From Chiloscyllium plagiosum (Eukaryota): a stretch of DNA of 38,706 nt. Positions 23,945 to 37,189 of the stretch are shown piece after piece. A program made the translations under genes and the position numbers. Location of the stretch: NCBI RefSeq assembly GCF_004010195.1, contig NC_057719.1, forward strand, positions 72,090,994-72,129,699. Direction: 5' to 3'. Under the pieces are notes generated by a model. That model searched no databases and was not told the DNA's origin. It worked only from the letters and a program-made list of their open reading frames with translations. Positions within the stretch are counted from its first letter, which is position 1. Every line of letters starts with the position of its first letter.

Positions 23945-24514
23945 AAACTTCATTGGGTCCACCCTCCTCCCCATATGTCATGTTCAGAAATAAACCAGAT
24001 TGTTACAGATTTAAAGTCAGTCTGGCTCTTGCAAACAGAATTGCAATCAGTCAAACAATGGATTCCAAACTAAGGGTTAAAGAAGATAGGAATCTACATG
24101 CAGTGTAAAACTGAACTTGCTTTTGGGCACATCAAGGAAAACTAGTCCCTTTAAGTAAAATGACCCATTGAAGGTGGGATAATATTTCATATTCTCAAGT
24201 TTGCATTTTATTTAAACATAAAATTAGTATTGACTTAATTAAAAGCTTTGTTTGTTTCACCTTTTTATGGATTGAAATAACTAATAATTCAAAGCAAGCT
24301 TTATGCTATTGAACTCTACCTTGATCATCCTTTGTAGAGACTGAAGTCACATAAGCGCAATATAGATGACTATTCAATCAGATCACCAGTGGATGGCACT
24401 GTTATTTCTCTTGGACATTTAGCTGTGAATATATAGATTGCATAAGGACTGAAGAAATCAACCCACAGTAAACTGAGACACACTGATAGCTTGAGGAAGC
24501 AGTATATTTTTTAC

Positions 24515-25225
24515 TGGATGTGGGCATTTCCCATCTCTGTATGCCCTCCATAAGGTGGCTGTGAGCAGCTATAGTCTATCTGGTTGTAGTTATACTCACA
24601 GTGCTGTTAGGAAGAGAGCTTAGGACTTTGACTCAGAGATAGTGACGGAGCGGTGATACATTTCTAGCTAAGAGAGGAAATTACACGTGGTGTTTTTTCC
24701 ATGTATGTGATGCCCTTGTCCTTCTAGATGAGAAAGTTTGTTGGTTTGGAAGGTGCAGTCAAAGGATACCTAGTGAATAGCTGCAGTGCATCTTATAGAT
24801 AGTACACTCTGTTGCCCCACTGCATTGATCGTACAGGGTTAGTGAATTTTAAGGTGGTAGATGGAGTGCCGATCTTTGTCCTGGATGTGCTGAGCCTCTT
24901 GAGTGTTGTTGGACCTGCACTGATCTAGGCATGTGAAGAGTATTCCATCCCAATCCTGATTTGGGGCTTGTGAACAGACATTGAGGAAATAGGAAGAGAG
25001 TTAATCGATACAGAAATCCTAGCCTCTGACCTGTTCTAACAGCCACAATAGCTGTTTGGCTGGCCCACTTAAGTTTCTGCTCAATGGTAACTCTCAGAAA
25101 TTTGATAGGGAAACAATCATGGTCATATCAATAAAAGTCAAAGAGAGATGGTTAGATTCTTTCTTGTTAGAGATTGTCTTTGACTGACACTTGCGTAGCA
25201 CAAATGCTACTTGCTACTTATCAAC
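24515..25225 (-). mobile_element. Old CR1/L2-group LINE 3' fragment
   Basis: Colinear with 29815-30300 and 30770-31350 (gcagtgcatcttatagatagtacac, ttgagtgttgttgga). Confidence 0.7.
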
Positions 25226-25230
25226 TTGAA

Positions 25231-25406
25231 GGAGAAAGTGAAGACTGCAGATGCTGGAAAATCAGAGTCAAAAGGTGTGGTGCTGGAAAAGCACAGCAGG
25301 TCAGGCAGCATCCAAGGAGCAGTAGAGTCAATGTTTCAGGCATAAGCCCTTATCAGGAATGTTGAAGAGTTCCTGATGAAGGGCTTATGTCTGAAATGTT
25401 GACTCT
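25231..25406. mobile_element. Penelope-like terminus with an inverted duplication of the hammerhead segment
   Basis: agagtcaatgtttcaggcataagcccttatcaggaa, a short spacer, then ttcctgatgaagggcttatgtctgaaatgttgactct. Confidence 0.8.
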
Positions 25407-26842
25407 GATAATGCCACTGAATCTGGAAAGGTATTTGGGCAGGTCCACATATCATAAAAGGGTTCAAATTTTGTTAGAATGATCTGTGAGTTACATTATT
25501 TAGCATTTCTGTGTAAATATCAAATTTATAATTTTTGATGTTCTTTATTCATAGAATCATAGAGATGTACAGCATGGAAACAGACCCTTCGGTCCAACTC
25601 GTCCATATCAACCAGACATCCTAACCTAATCTAGTCCCATTTGCCAACGCTTGGCCCATATCCCTCTAAACCCTTCCTATTCATTTACTGATACAGGTGC
25701 CTTTTAACTGTTGTAATTATACCAGCCTCCACCACCTCTGGCAGCTCATTTCATACACACACCACCCTCTGAGTGAAAAGGTTGCCCATTCGGCCCCATT
25801 TACATCTTGCCCTCTCACCATAAACGTATGCCCTCTAGGTTTGGACTCCCCCACTCTGGGAAAAAGACCTTGTCTCTTTACCCTATCCATGCCCCTCATG
25901 ATTTTATATACCTGTATAAGGTCAACCCTCAGCCTCCAATGCTCCAGGGAAAATAGCCTCAGTCTATTCTACTTCTCCCTATACTCAAATCCTTCAATTC
26001 TGGCAACATCTTTTTCTGAACCCTTTCAAATGTAACAACATCCTTCCTAAAGCAGAGAGACCAGAATCGCATGCAGTATTCTAATAGTGGTCTAACCAAC
26101 ATCCAGTACAGTTACATGACCTCCCAACTCTTAGACTCAATGTATTAACCAATAAAAGCAAGCATACCAAAGGCCTTCTTCATTATCCTATCTAACTGGG
26201 ACTCTAACTTTCAAGAAACTATGAACCTGCACTCCAAGATCTCTTCGTTCAGCAACACTTCCCAGGAGCTTACCATTAAGAGTGTAAGCCCTGCCCTGAT
26301 TTGTAGCTCCAAACTAAAATTTATCTAAATTAAACTCCATCTGCCAGTTCTTGGCCCATTGGCCCATCTGATCAAGATCTCATTGTACTCTGAGACTAAC
26401 TTCTTCATTGTCCATTACACCTCCAATTTTGGTGTCATCAGCAAACTTACTAACCATACCTCCTATGTTCACATCCAAATCATTTACAAAAATGATGAAA
26501 AGTAATGGACCCAGCACTGAACCTTGTGGCACATCACTGGTCACAGGCCTCCATTTGAAAAGCAACCCTCCACCATTACCCTCTGTCTTCTACTTTTGAG
26601 CTAGTTCTGTATCCAAATAACCTTTTCTCCCTATATTTCAGCCTTGATCTAACCTTGCTAACTAGCCTACCATAAGGAACCTTGTCGAACGCTTTACTGA
26701 AGTCCATACAGATCATGTCTACCACTGTGTCCTGACCAATCCTTTGTTACTTCTTCAAAACACGCAATCAAGTTCGTAAGACATGATTTCCCGCACACAA
26801 ATCCATGTTGATTATCCCTAATCAGTCCTTGCCTTTCCAAAT

Positions 26843-27495
26843 ATAGAGGAACCTCCATTATCCGAATATCAATTATCTGAATTTTGGATTATCTGAGGAA
26901 GATCTCAAGGTCCTTCAAAAACATTACATCAAAGAGGTAAGTGTATTCATAATACCTGTACTGAAGATCATGTGAAAACGCTGGCAAAAACAGAGAAACA
27001 CAAGTACCTCAAGCATCAGCGACTGGATATTTTTTAGCTAAGGGTTAGTTACACAGTCCTTTGCAAAAGTAAGTGCTTTACAGGGTATTCCATCATTTTA
27101 CTGAGCCGTTCATGAAAAAATAACTAGAAAGTAAACACATGCGCGAGGTGGTGCTTCTGTCTATCTGAGATAACAGAGCACAAGTGAGTTGCATGTCAAC
27201 TTTCTCTGTTCTTTTATAAGTTCTCTGTAAAAGTTAGCCTGCAGAAGTTTCACACCTTTTTAAAAAATACATGAATAAAACGGCCGAGAAATTAAACGCA
27301 TGTGTGAGGTGGTACTTCTGACTTTCTTTCACAACACTGAGTTCATGGAAACTAACAAATGCTCTTGTGATCATAGAAACTGTTCGGGACCTTGCTTAAT
27401 GCTGGGATTTCATAAATTTTACAGATGGTAAGGGTTTAGTTCTTCTCGCTTTAACCTGCAATTTGCAGAATGCAAAGATTAGTTTGTTGAACTAA
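26843..27495 (+). mobile_element. Truncated Tigger/pogo-like DNA transposon piece inside the CR1
   Basis: Starts after TA with tagaggaacctccattatccgaa and repeated attatc(c/t)ga motifs. It has an internal ~27-bp direct repeat (27133-27159, 27294-27320). No second TIR was seen. Confidence 0.55.
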
Positions 27496-28157
27496 GTTCC
27501 CTTCAACAACCTGCCCAGCAATAACATCAGGCTCACTGGTCTATAATTGCCTGGCTTTTCCTTGCCACCTTTCTTAAATAATGGCATCGTTAGCCTACCC
27601 CCACAGTCTTCCAGCACCTCACCTGTGGTTTTCAGTGATCCAAATATCTCAGCTTTCCTAGCTTCCCACAACGTTCTCGGGTACATCTGATCAGGTCCCA
27701 GGGATTTACCCACCTTTATGCTTTTTAAGACATCCAGCATCTCCTCCTCTGTAATATAGACATTTTTCAAGATGCTGCTATTTTTCCCCCACATTCCATA
27801 TCTTCCACGTCCTTCTCCATAGTAAACACTGATGCAAAATAATCGTTCAGTATCTTCCCCATCTCCTGCAGTTCCACACATAGGTGACCTTGCTGTACTT
27901 TAAGGGGTGTTATTGTCTCCCTAGTTAAGCTTTTGTCCTTAATGTATTTATAAAATCCCTTTGGATTCTCCTTAACTCTATTTGCCAAAGCTATCTTATA
28001 TCGTCTCTTTGCCCCCCCTAATTTCCCTCTTAAGTATACACCTACTGCCTTGATAATTTTCCAGGGAATCATTTGATTTCTGCTGTCTGTACCTGACATA
28101 TGCTTCCTGCGTTTTCTTGACCAAAACATCAATTTCTCCAGACATCCTGCATTCCTA

Positions 28158-28318
28158 GGTAAAAACAATGACTGCAGATGCTGGAAACCAGATTCTGGAT
28201 TAGTGGTGTTGGAAGAGCACGGCAGTTCAGGCAGCATCCAAAGAGCTTCGAAAAGTTAATTTCGAGGCTTCTTGGATGCTGCCTGAACTGCTGGTCTCTT
28301 CCAGCACCACTAATCCAG
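28158..28318. mobile_element. Penelope-like fold-back hairpin insertion with a 14-bp TSD
   Basis: ~58-bp arms around an agttaa loop; perfect TSD atcctgcattccta at 28144-28157 and 28319-28332. Confidence 0.88.
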
Positions 28319-30539
28319 ATCCTGCATTCCTACGCCTACCAGCCTCGCCCTTCCCCCTAACAGGAACAACCTGTCTCTGGGCTCATTATCTCGTTTTTGA
28401 AGGCCTTCCATTTTCTCGTTTATCTGTGAACATCTTTATCATGGGCTGGTTGTCTCTTTCCAGGTGACCAGATGAAAATTATGTCTTTTCTATCACACTG
28501 ATTTTTTTTTTAACATTAAATTTGCTTTTGAAGTTTGTCTTGCTTCAACTTATTGCATTGGTAAGTGCTTTCTGTAATTAGTAAGTCAACTCTCTTTTCA
28601 ATCTTCATTCAGTTTTTAGAGATTAACTTTGTAGTGTTCATTTAAAATTTTTCTTTTGTGTTTTTCCCAGTTTTCAGAATGTATAGTCATATTTTCAGGT
28701 TATCTTATGATGGGTTCACTCATTTTATAATAAACAAAATATAAACTAATCAGCCTGCCTTGTAATGTCTTCAGGTATCTAGTTTTGGCTTATAGTACCA
28801 GAAATGATGAATTGCTATGTAATTTTATAAATTACTACAAAATTATTTTTAGCTAAAGGAAATGACTGCACCTATATTTGAATTAATCTATAATCGGAAA
28901 ACATATACACATTTATTGTATTTTCTTCCATCATATGGGTATAGAATATGTCAAAAAGAGCTGCTAAAATGCGATATCTTCCCACAACTATAAACTAACC
29001 ATAGAACCACAATTAGTGGCTTCCTGCAGCCTTCAGGCTGTTGTCCCTGTTTAAAAAGGTCTTTTTAATTCAATCAGTACAGCTTGTTGAGAACATTTCC
29101 TTCTGTTCGGAGTCTTCTCCTTTCATCAAAAGGAATAAAAAATATGAGGAAATGCTCTTGGAAATGGAATCTGACTACCACACCACATTGGATGTTATTG
29201 GTGGAAATTGTCATTTTCTACTCTCCAAGTTGAGTTTATGAGGGTTAGGTTTTAAAAATATATACCCTGGTTTAATTTAGAAGCATTCTTTGTTTATCTA
29301 ATTTGAATAAATCATCTGCTTTGATAACACTGTCACCTAGTGGACCTTCATGGTATCTGTGGATTGGGTGTTTAATCTGCAATGTGGTTAGAATAATACC
29401 GGCCAACCTATCCAAGGGATTGAACATTAATGATGTTCAATTTTGTTTTACATTAATTCCATTTTTGGTGGAAGGTTATGAGGAATTTAACCAATATCTA
29501 CTGGGTGAAACATTAACAAAATTGAAGTATTAACTGCACTAATACTGAAGAAAATGTGGATTAATTTGGAACAGGCGACATAGATTTGATAAGAGAATAT
29601 TGTGTACAACTAAATTGCAGAAGTTTTTTGAAGAGTTAACAGAGAGAATTGATGAGGGGAAAATTGTTGATATGATGTTTGTGCTACTAATTCATGGGCT
29701 GTAGGCATTGCTGCCTGGGCCAGCATTTATTGCCTGTCCATTGCTGCCCTTGAGAAAGTGGTGGTGAGCTGCCTTCTTGGATTGCTGCAGTCCATTTGAT
29801 GCAATTTTTTTAATATTCACTCATAGGACCTGGGCGCTGCTGACTGTCTGGCATTTTTTGTCTGTCCGTAGTTCCCTTGAGAAAGTGGTGTTGAGCTGCC
29901 TTCTTGAACTCTTGCAATCTACATATTGTAGATTGACCCTCAATGCTTTTAGAGAGGGAAATCCAGGATTTTGGCCCGGCGACAGTGGAGGAACGGTGAT
30001 ATATTTCCAAGTTAGGATGGTGAGTGCCTTGGAGGGGAATTTGCAGCTGGTGGTGTTCCTATGTATCTGCTGCCCTTGTCCAAATGGAAGAGATTGTTGG
30101 CTGGAAGATGCTGTCAAATGATCTTTGGTAAATTTCTGCAATGCATCTTGTGGATAATACACACTGTTGCTACTGTGTGTTGGAGTGGAGGGAGTGGATG
30201 CTTGTGGGTGTACTTTGACCTGGATGGTATGAGGCTTCTTGAGTGTTGTTGGAGGTGCCCCCATCCAGACAAGTTGAGAGTATTCCATCACACTCCTGAC
30301 TTATCCTTTGTAGATGATGGATTGGTGGATTGTGCAGTGGTCACTTTTACTGTCATTGACTGATGCATTTGCAACCAGTAGATTGGTAAGGATGAGATGT
30401 AGTCTGTATTTTCTTCTTGTTGGTTCCCTCACCACCTGCCACAGACCCATTCTAGCAGTTATACCCTTTTGGACCTGACCAACTCAATCAGTACTGCTGT
30501 TGTCGAGCCACTCTTGGTGGTAGACATTGATATCTTGCA

Positions 30540-30640
30540 TATTCCTGAAGAAGGGCTTATGCCCAAAATGTTGACTCTCCTGCTCCTCTGATGTTGTCAA
30601 ACCTGCTGTGCTTTTCCAGCGCCACACTTTTCAACTCCAA
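30540..30640 (+). mobile_element. Penelope-like terminal fragment
   Basis: attcctgaagaagggcttatgcccaaaatgttgactctcctgctcc...cttttccagcgccacac. Confidence 0.8.
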
Positions 30641-32196
30641 TCTCCCTCCCAGAGTACATTTTGTGCCCTTGCCACTTTGTTCAACATGGAGGACCACTGA
30701 TTTAGGGAGTCAGTTCGTGGATTTTTTTTACCTAGAAACACTGGAGAAACAGCAATATATTTCTAAATCAGGAAGGTGACTGGCTTGGAGGGGAATTTGG
30801 AGATGTTGGTATTCTCATGCATCTGCTGCTCTTGTACATTTAGATGACAGCAGTCATGAGTGTGGAAAGGGCTGTCTGAGGAACCTTCGTGAATTTCTGC
30901 AGTGCATCTTGTAGATGATATACACTGCTGTTACTGAGTGTCAGTGGTGGAGGGAATGATTATTTCTGGATGTGGTGCTCATCAAGGAGGTTGCTTTGTC
31001 TTGGATGGTATCAAGCTTCTTGAGTGTTGTTGGAGCTGCAGTCATCCAGTCTGAAGGGTTCCTTCACACTCCTGACTTGAGCTTCGTAGATGATAGTCAG
31101 GCTTTGGGGAGTCAGGAGCTGAGTTATTCATTGCAAGGTTTCTAGCTTCTGAGCTGCTTTTGTAGCCATAGTTTTTGTATGCCTAGTCCAGTTCAATATT
31201 TGGTCAGTAATATCGCTGGGATGGTGATTGTCAGGGATTCAGTGATGATAAGTGCCATTGAATGTCAAGGGGTGATGAATAGATTGTCTCTTTTTGAAGA
31301 TTACCATGTCTGGCATGTGTGGCCCAAATATTACTTCCCGCGTATCAGCTCAAATCTGGATGTTGTCCTGGTCTTGCAAATTATGGACATAAACTATCTA
31401 AGTATCTCAGAAGTCATGAATGATGCTGAACATTGCAATCATTGATGGATATCCACATTTGTGATCTTATGATGGAGGTAAGGTCATTGATGACAGCTGA
31501 AGATGGTTGGGCACAGAACACTACCCTGAGGAACTCCTGCAAAGATGTTTTGGAGCTGAGATGACTGACTACAAAAGTCACAATCATCTTACATTGTGTT
31601 ATGCTTGACTAACCAGAGGAGAGTTTTTCCCCAATTCCCAATTGATTCACGTTTTGCCAAAGCTCCTTGATGCCACACCTGGTCACATGTAGCCTTGATG
31701 TTAAGGCCAATCACTCTCACCTCACCTCTGGAATTCACCTCTCATGTCCACGTTTGGACCAAAGCTTTGATGAACTCATGAACTGAGTGGCCCTAGTGGA
31801 ACACAAACTGAGTGTCCCTGAGCAGATTATTGCTGAGCAGGTGCTGCTTGATAGCACTGTTGGTGACACCTTACATTACTTTATTGATGATCGAGAGTAG
31901 ACTAATGGCATGCCAATTGACCTGGCTGGAATAGTCATGCTTTGCTTACAAGACATACCTAATTTTCTACGTTGTTGGGTAGATTCCAGATTTGTAGCTG
32001 CGCTGGAACAGTTTGGCTAAGAGCATGGTAAGTTCTGGAGCACACGTCTTCTGTACTATTGCTAGAGTGTTTGCAGAGTTTGTAGCCTTTGCAATATACA
32101 GTTAACCCTGCCAGTTTTTGATATCATGTGGAGTAAATCGAATCAGTTGAAGACAGGCATCTGTGAAGCTGGGGATCTCTGGAGGAGGTTGAGATG

Positions 32197-33326
32197 TGTA
32201 GGGTTTCTGGTTTCCGATCAGTAATTTACTGATTTTTAGGTGGTTCTAATCACCCACAGAATCACTCCCTGCTAGCTAGGTCAGAAACTTTGGGGTCTCC
32301 GGAGTTTCAGCTCACCACTGGGGAAAACATAGCTTTAAAGTGCATCGAGTTGCGAAGTTCTTGCCATCAGTTCTCTGGGTCTGGAAGCTCTTGTTCAGAT
32401 AGCACTTGACAGGCTTCCTACTCTTTCGGATGTCCTTTGTTGCAATGATGGTCTTGGTTTGTCTTCTTGATTCTGCTTCTCAGTTCAGCCTTTGTTGTTC
32501 TTGTTTCCAAAGCTGCTTGCTGGGGCTAGAGCCTGTGGGGATACTGTTTCTGTGGGAGCTTGATGTTGGAAAAGGCTCTGTCTCTCCCAGATCAGGACTA
32601 GCAGTTATACGGACTATGTTGATTACTGAGCTGTTGTTTCTCCTCTTGGAGTTGAATGAGCCTCCTGATTACTGGATGAGGTGTGAATGGTTCTCCAGTT
32701 AAAGTGAATGGGTTTCCAATAGTTTTGAATGTCCAGTATTTCTCTTGGATGGATGTAGGTTAACGTTCTACTGGTAGTGTAAAGACTTTCTTTCACATTC
32801 AAGGCAAACGAGTTTGCATATAGTACAATGGTGTTGAATGTTCAGTATCTCTGTGTCTGAGCAAACTGATTAAAAGTTGAATGGTTTTGTATTTTTGTGG
32901 GCTCCAGAATGTCTCGGTTATTTGCCCTGCAAGCTGGTGTTCATTGTTTTTAGCTGAGGCGTTTGTGGGGGACTTCCTTTAGACTTACAAGCTAAATCTC
33001 TGTTCCAGACAGCTGACCCTAGGCTTGGTGACTGCCTAGTCTGTTTCATGATTGGAGGTGCCAGTGTTGGACTGGGTTGGACAAGGTTAAAAATCAGGTA
33101 GTTCCTGCTCCATCGCTACCTGATGAAGGAGCAGCACTCCGAAGGCTAGTACTTCCAAATAAAACCTGTTGGACTATAACCTGGTATTTTGTGATTTTTA
33201 AACTTAGTCTGTATCAGCCAGAGAACTCAATGAATCTTAGTTCAAAAGTGAATTCCATAAACTCATGTCTCAGGTTCAGAGCATTTTAATCCAGGGTAAA
33301 TGATGGGGTTTTTGCCCGACCTTACA
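32197..33326. mobile_element. Solo LTR (TG...CA, 4-bp TSD)
   Basis: Begins tgtaggg and ends ccttaca (short terminal inverted repeat), with gatg duplicated at 32193-32196 and 33327-33330. Removing it restores the host LINE (ggaggttgagatg|aatcatccac). Confidence 0.85.
33049..33204. mobile_element. Penelope-like inverted termini inside the solo LTR
   Basis: ctgatgaaggagcagcactccgaaggctag hammerhead-like core; TSD tagtctgtttca (33037-33048) / tagtctgtatca (33205-33216). Confidence 0.8.
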
Positions 33327-33432
33327 GATGAATCATCCACCCACCCCTTCTGGCTAAGGGTTGTTGCAAATGCTTCAGCCTCATCTTTTGCACCCATGTG
33401 CTGGGCTCCCCCATGGTCAGGATAAGGCCATA

Positions 33433-35192
33433 ATTCCATAAGATGTAGGAGCAGAATTAGGACATTCAGACTATCAATCTACTCCATCATTTGATCATGG
33501 CTGATGTGTTTCTCAACCTCATTCTCCTGCCAACTCCCAATAACCCTTGATCCCCTTACTAATCAAGAACTTATCTATCTCTGTCTTAATTATATTCAAT
33601 GATTTGGTCTGCACAGATTTTTGTGGCAATGAGTTCCACAGATTCACCATCCTCTGGCTGAAGAAATTCCACCTCAACTCAGTTCAAAAGGATCACCACT
33701 ACAATCTTGAAGCTGTGCTCTCAGGTCCTAGTCTCTCCTAATAGTGAAAACATCATCTACACATTTCCTCTATCCTGACCTCTCAGTCTACTGTAAGTTT
33801 TAATTAGATTCTTCCACATCCTTCTAAACTTCATTAGTACAGACACAGAATACTCAACCACTCCTCATACGCCAAGCCCTTCATCCCCATCTTTCTTATG
33901 AATCTGCTCTGGGCCACCTCTAAGGACAGAACATCCTTCCTTAGATATGGGGCCCAAAATTGCTCATAATATTCCAAAGGCTGTCTGACTACAGCCTTAT
34001 AAAGCCTCAGCAGTACATCTCTGCTCTTGTATTCTAGCCCTCTTGAAATTAATGCTAATATTGCACTTGCCTTCCTAACTGTCAACTGAAACTGCATGTT
34101 AACCTGAAGATAATCCTAAACTAGAAACCTTGTGCTTCAATTTTCTCAAGCTTTTCCCCACTTAGAAAGTAGGCTATGCCTCTATTCTTCCGACCAAAGT
34201 GCCTAACATCCCACTTTCCCACATTGTATTTCATCTGCCACTTCGTTGCAAACTCTCTCAGCCTCTGCATTTCCTCAACACTACCTGCCTCTCTACCTAT
34301 CCTTGTGTCATCTGCAAACTTAGCAAAAATGCCCTCAGTTTCTTCATCCAGATCATAAATGTATAACATGAATAGTTGTGGTCCCAACACAGATCTCTGC
34401 AGTCTTCACCAGCTGCCATCTTGAAAAAGGCTACTTTATCCCCACTCTCTGTCTCTGCCAGTCAGCCAATTCTTTACCCATGCCAGTACCTTATCCCTAA
34501 CACCATGGTCTTATCTTATTTTGCAGCCTCCTGTGTGGCACCTCGTCAAAGGCCTTCTGGAAATACAAATAGATCACATCCACTTGCTCTCCTTTGTCTA
34601 ACTTGCACATTGAATCCTAAAAGAATTCAAGCAGATTGGTCAGGCATGACCTCCCTTGATGAAGCCATACTGTCTCAGTCCTATTTTATTATGCATTTCC
34701 AAATACTCCGCAATCTCATCCTTAATAATGGATTCTAAAATCTCACTAACACCTGAGGTCAGACTAACCAGTCATCAGTTTCCTGTCTTCTGTCTCCCTC
34801 CCTTCTTAAACAGGAAAGTTATATTAGCCATTGTCCAGTCTTCTGGGACCCTTCCTGACTCCAGTGATTCCTGAAAGATCACCACCAATGCCTTCACAAT
34901 CTCTTCAGCTATCTCCTTCAGAACTCTGGGGTGTAGTCAAATTGGTCAGGATGATATATCCATTTTCAGACCTTTCAGCTTCCACAGCACTTTTTCATTA
35001 GTGATAGCTGCTCGATTTACCCCTGCCCTCCAACTCTCTCAAAGATCTGGTATGCTGCTAGTCATAGAGTTTATCTTCCACCGTGAAGACTAAGGTAAAG
35101 TGCCTATTCAGTTCCTCTGCCATTTCTTTGTTCCCCATTTCTCCAGCCCAATTTCCAGCAGTCCAATGTCCACTCTTTCCTCTCATTCTTAC
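33433..35192 (-). mobile_element. CR1 LINE ORF2 (second family), continuing at ~37190-37644
   Basis: LGPQLFMLYIYDLDEETEGIFAKFADDTRIG (34121..34390) and VRKASAILALISRGLEYKSRDVLLRLYK (33834..34097). Confidence 0.9.
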
Positions 35193-35199
35193 CTTTTAC

Positions 35200-36672
35200 A
35201 GTCAGAGAGTCATAGAAACAGAACCTTTGGTCCAATTCGTCAATGCCAACCAGATAACCTAAATAAATCTAGTCCCATTTACCAACATTTGGCCCATAAA
35301 TTGTTTACCCATCCAGATATCTTTCAAATGTTATAATTGTATCAGCCTCCACCACTTTCTCTGGCAGCTTTTTCCATATATGCACCACTCTCTCCATGAA
35401 TGGGTTGCACTTTAGGCTCCATTTAAATCTCTCCCATCTCACTTTAAATATATGCCCTCTAGTTCTGGAGTCCCCCGCGACAGGGAAAAGACCTTATCTC
35501 TTTAGACGATCCATGTCCCTCACGATTTTGTAAATGTCTTTAAGGTCACCCCACAGCCTCTGATGCTCCAGGGAAATAGTCCCAGTCTGTTCGGCTCTCC
35601 CTATGGCTCAAACCCCCCAACCCTGGCAACATCTTTGTAAATCTTTTTTGATCCTTTCAAGTTTTACAACATCCTTCATATAGCAGGGTTAGCAGAATTG
35701 CATGCAGTATTCTAATAGTGGCCTAACCAACATCCAGTACAATTACAACATGAATTCCCAACTCTTATACATAATGCACTGACCAATAAAGGCAAGTATA
35801 TCAAATGTCTTCTTCACTATCCAACTACCTGCAACTCCACTTTCAAAGAATTATGAACCTGCACTCCAAGTTTTCTTTGTTCAGCAACATTCTCCTGGAT
35901 CTTACCATTAAGCATATTAGTCCTGCTCTGATTTGCCTTTCTAAAATATAGCACTTCACTTATCTAAATTAACTTCCACCTGCCACTCCTCAGTCCATTG
36001 GCCCATCTGATCAAGATCCTATTGTACTCTGATATTACCTTCTTCGCTGTCCATTACACCTCCAATTTTAGTGTCATCTGCAAACTTACTAACTGTACCT
36101 CCTACGTTCACATCCAAGTCAATTATATAAATGATGAAGAGTAGCACCGAACTTTGTGGCACACCACTGGTCACAGGCCTCCAGTCTGAAAAGCAACCCT
36201 CCACTACCACCCTCTGTCTTCTACCTTAGAGCCAGTTCTGTATCCACATGGCCAGTTCTCCCTGTATTCCATTTGCTAACCAGTCTACCTTGAGGAACCT
36301 TGTGGAACGCCCTACTAAAGTCCATGTAGATCAAGTCCACAACTCTGCCCTCATCAATCCTCTTTGATACTTCTTCAAAAAACTCAATTAAGTTTGTGAG
36401 ATGTGATTTCCCACACATAAAGCTATGTTGATTATCCCTAATCAGTCCTTGCCTTCCAAATACATGTAAATCCTGTACTCCAGGATTTCGTCCAACAACT
36501 TACCCTCAACCAATGTCAGGCTCACCGGTGTACAGATCCCTGGCCTTTCCTTACCACCTTAAATACTAGCATCATGTTAGCCAACCTCCAATCTTCTGTC
36601 ACCTTGCTTGTGGCTATTGATATCCCAGCTTCCCATAGAGTTCTAGGATACACCTAATCAGGTCCCGGGGAT
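35200..36672 (-). mobile_element. CR1 LINE 3' part nested in the previous CR1
   Basis: SDWRPVTSGVPQ...SKFADDTKIGG (36019..36210), GKSHLTNLIEFFEEV...DFSRAFHKVPQ (36221..36418); same family as 25550-28430. Confidence 0.9.
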
Positions 36673-36867
36673 CATATTCAATTTTGCTGATGATATAAAG
36701 TTAGGTAGAAAGATACACTATAAAGAGAACACAAAGAGGCTACAAATGGATAAGGACAGTATCAGTGATTGGGCAATAGCATTGGAACAAGCCATTTTTC
36801 CTTGAACTTGTTTCACTTGCTCACCATTCACTGAGATCAGAGCTGACATATATCTAAAACAAAATAC

Positions 36868-37182
36868 ATCATAGAATCCCTACAGCGTGGAACTAGGCTA
36901 TTCAACCCATACCAACCCTCCGAAGAGCATCCCACCCAGACCCACTCCCATAATACTACATTTTCCATGGTTAATCACCTTATCCTGCACATCCCTGGAC
37001 TCTGCAGGCAATTTAGCATGACCAATCCATCTAACCTGCACATTTTTGGACTGTGGGAAGAAACCCATACAGACACAGGGAGAGTGGGCAAATTCCGCAC
37101 AGACAGTTGCCTGAGGCTGGAATCAAACCCGGGTCCCTGGCACTGTGAGGCAGTAGTACTAACTGTTAAGCCACTGAGCCAC
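36868..37182 (-). mobile_element. HE1-like tRNA-derived SINE
   Basis: Minus head gtggctcagtgg...ctgcctcacagtgccagggacccgggtttgattcc; homologous to 17349-17644. Confidence 0.85.
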
Positions 37183-37189
37183 TCTGACT

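Larger units (their letters stand above)
25550..28430 (-). mobile_element. CR1 LINE (ORF2 3' part), interrupted twice
   Basis: WRPVTSDVPQGSVLGPLLF...SKFADDTKIGG (26380..26565), PGNYRPVSL (27492..27881), VKENPKGFYKYIK (27767..28237); tail atagaatcatagag. Confidence 0.92.
29690..33420 (-). mobile_element. Old CR1/L2-group LINE copies (tandem 3' ends plus RT body)
   Basis: MEYSQLVWMGAPPTTLKK (29821..30291). The 3' tail appears twice (29690-29805, 29815-29930), another copy starts near 30770, and the RT-like body runs to ~33420. Confidence 0.75.
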
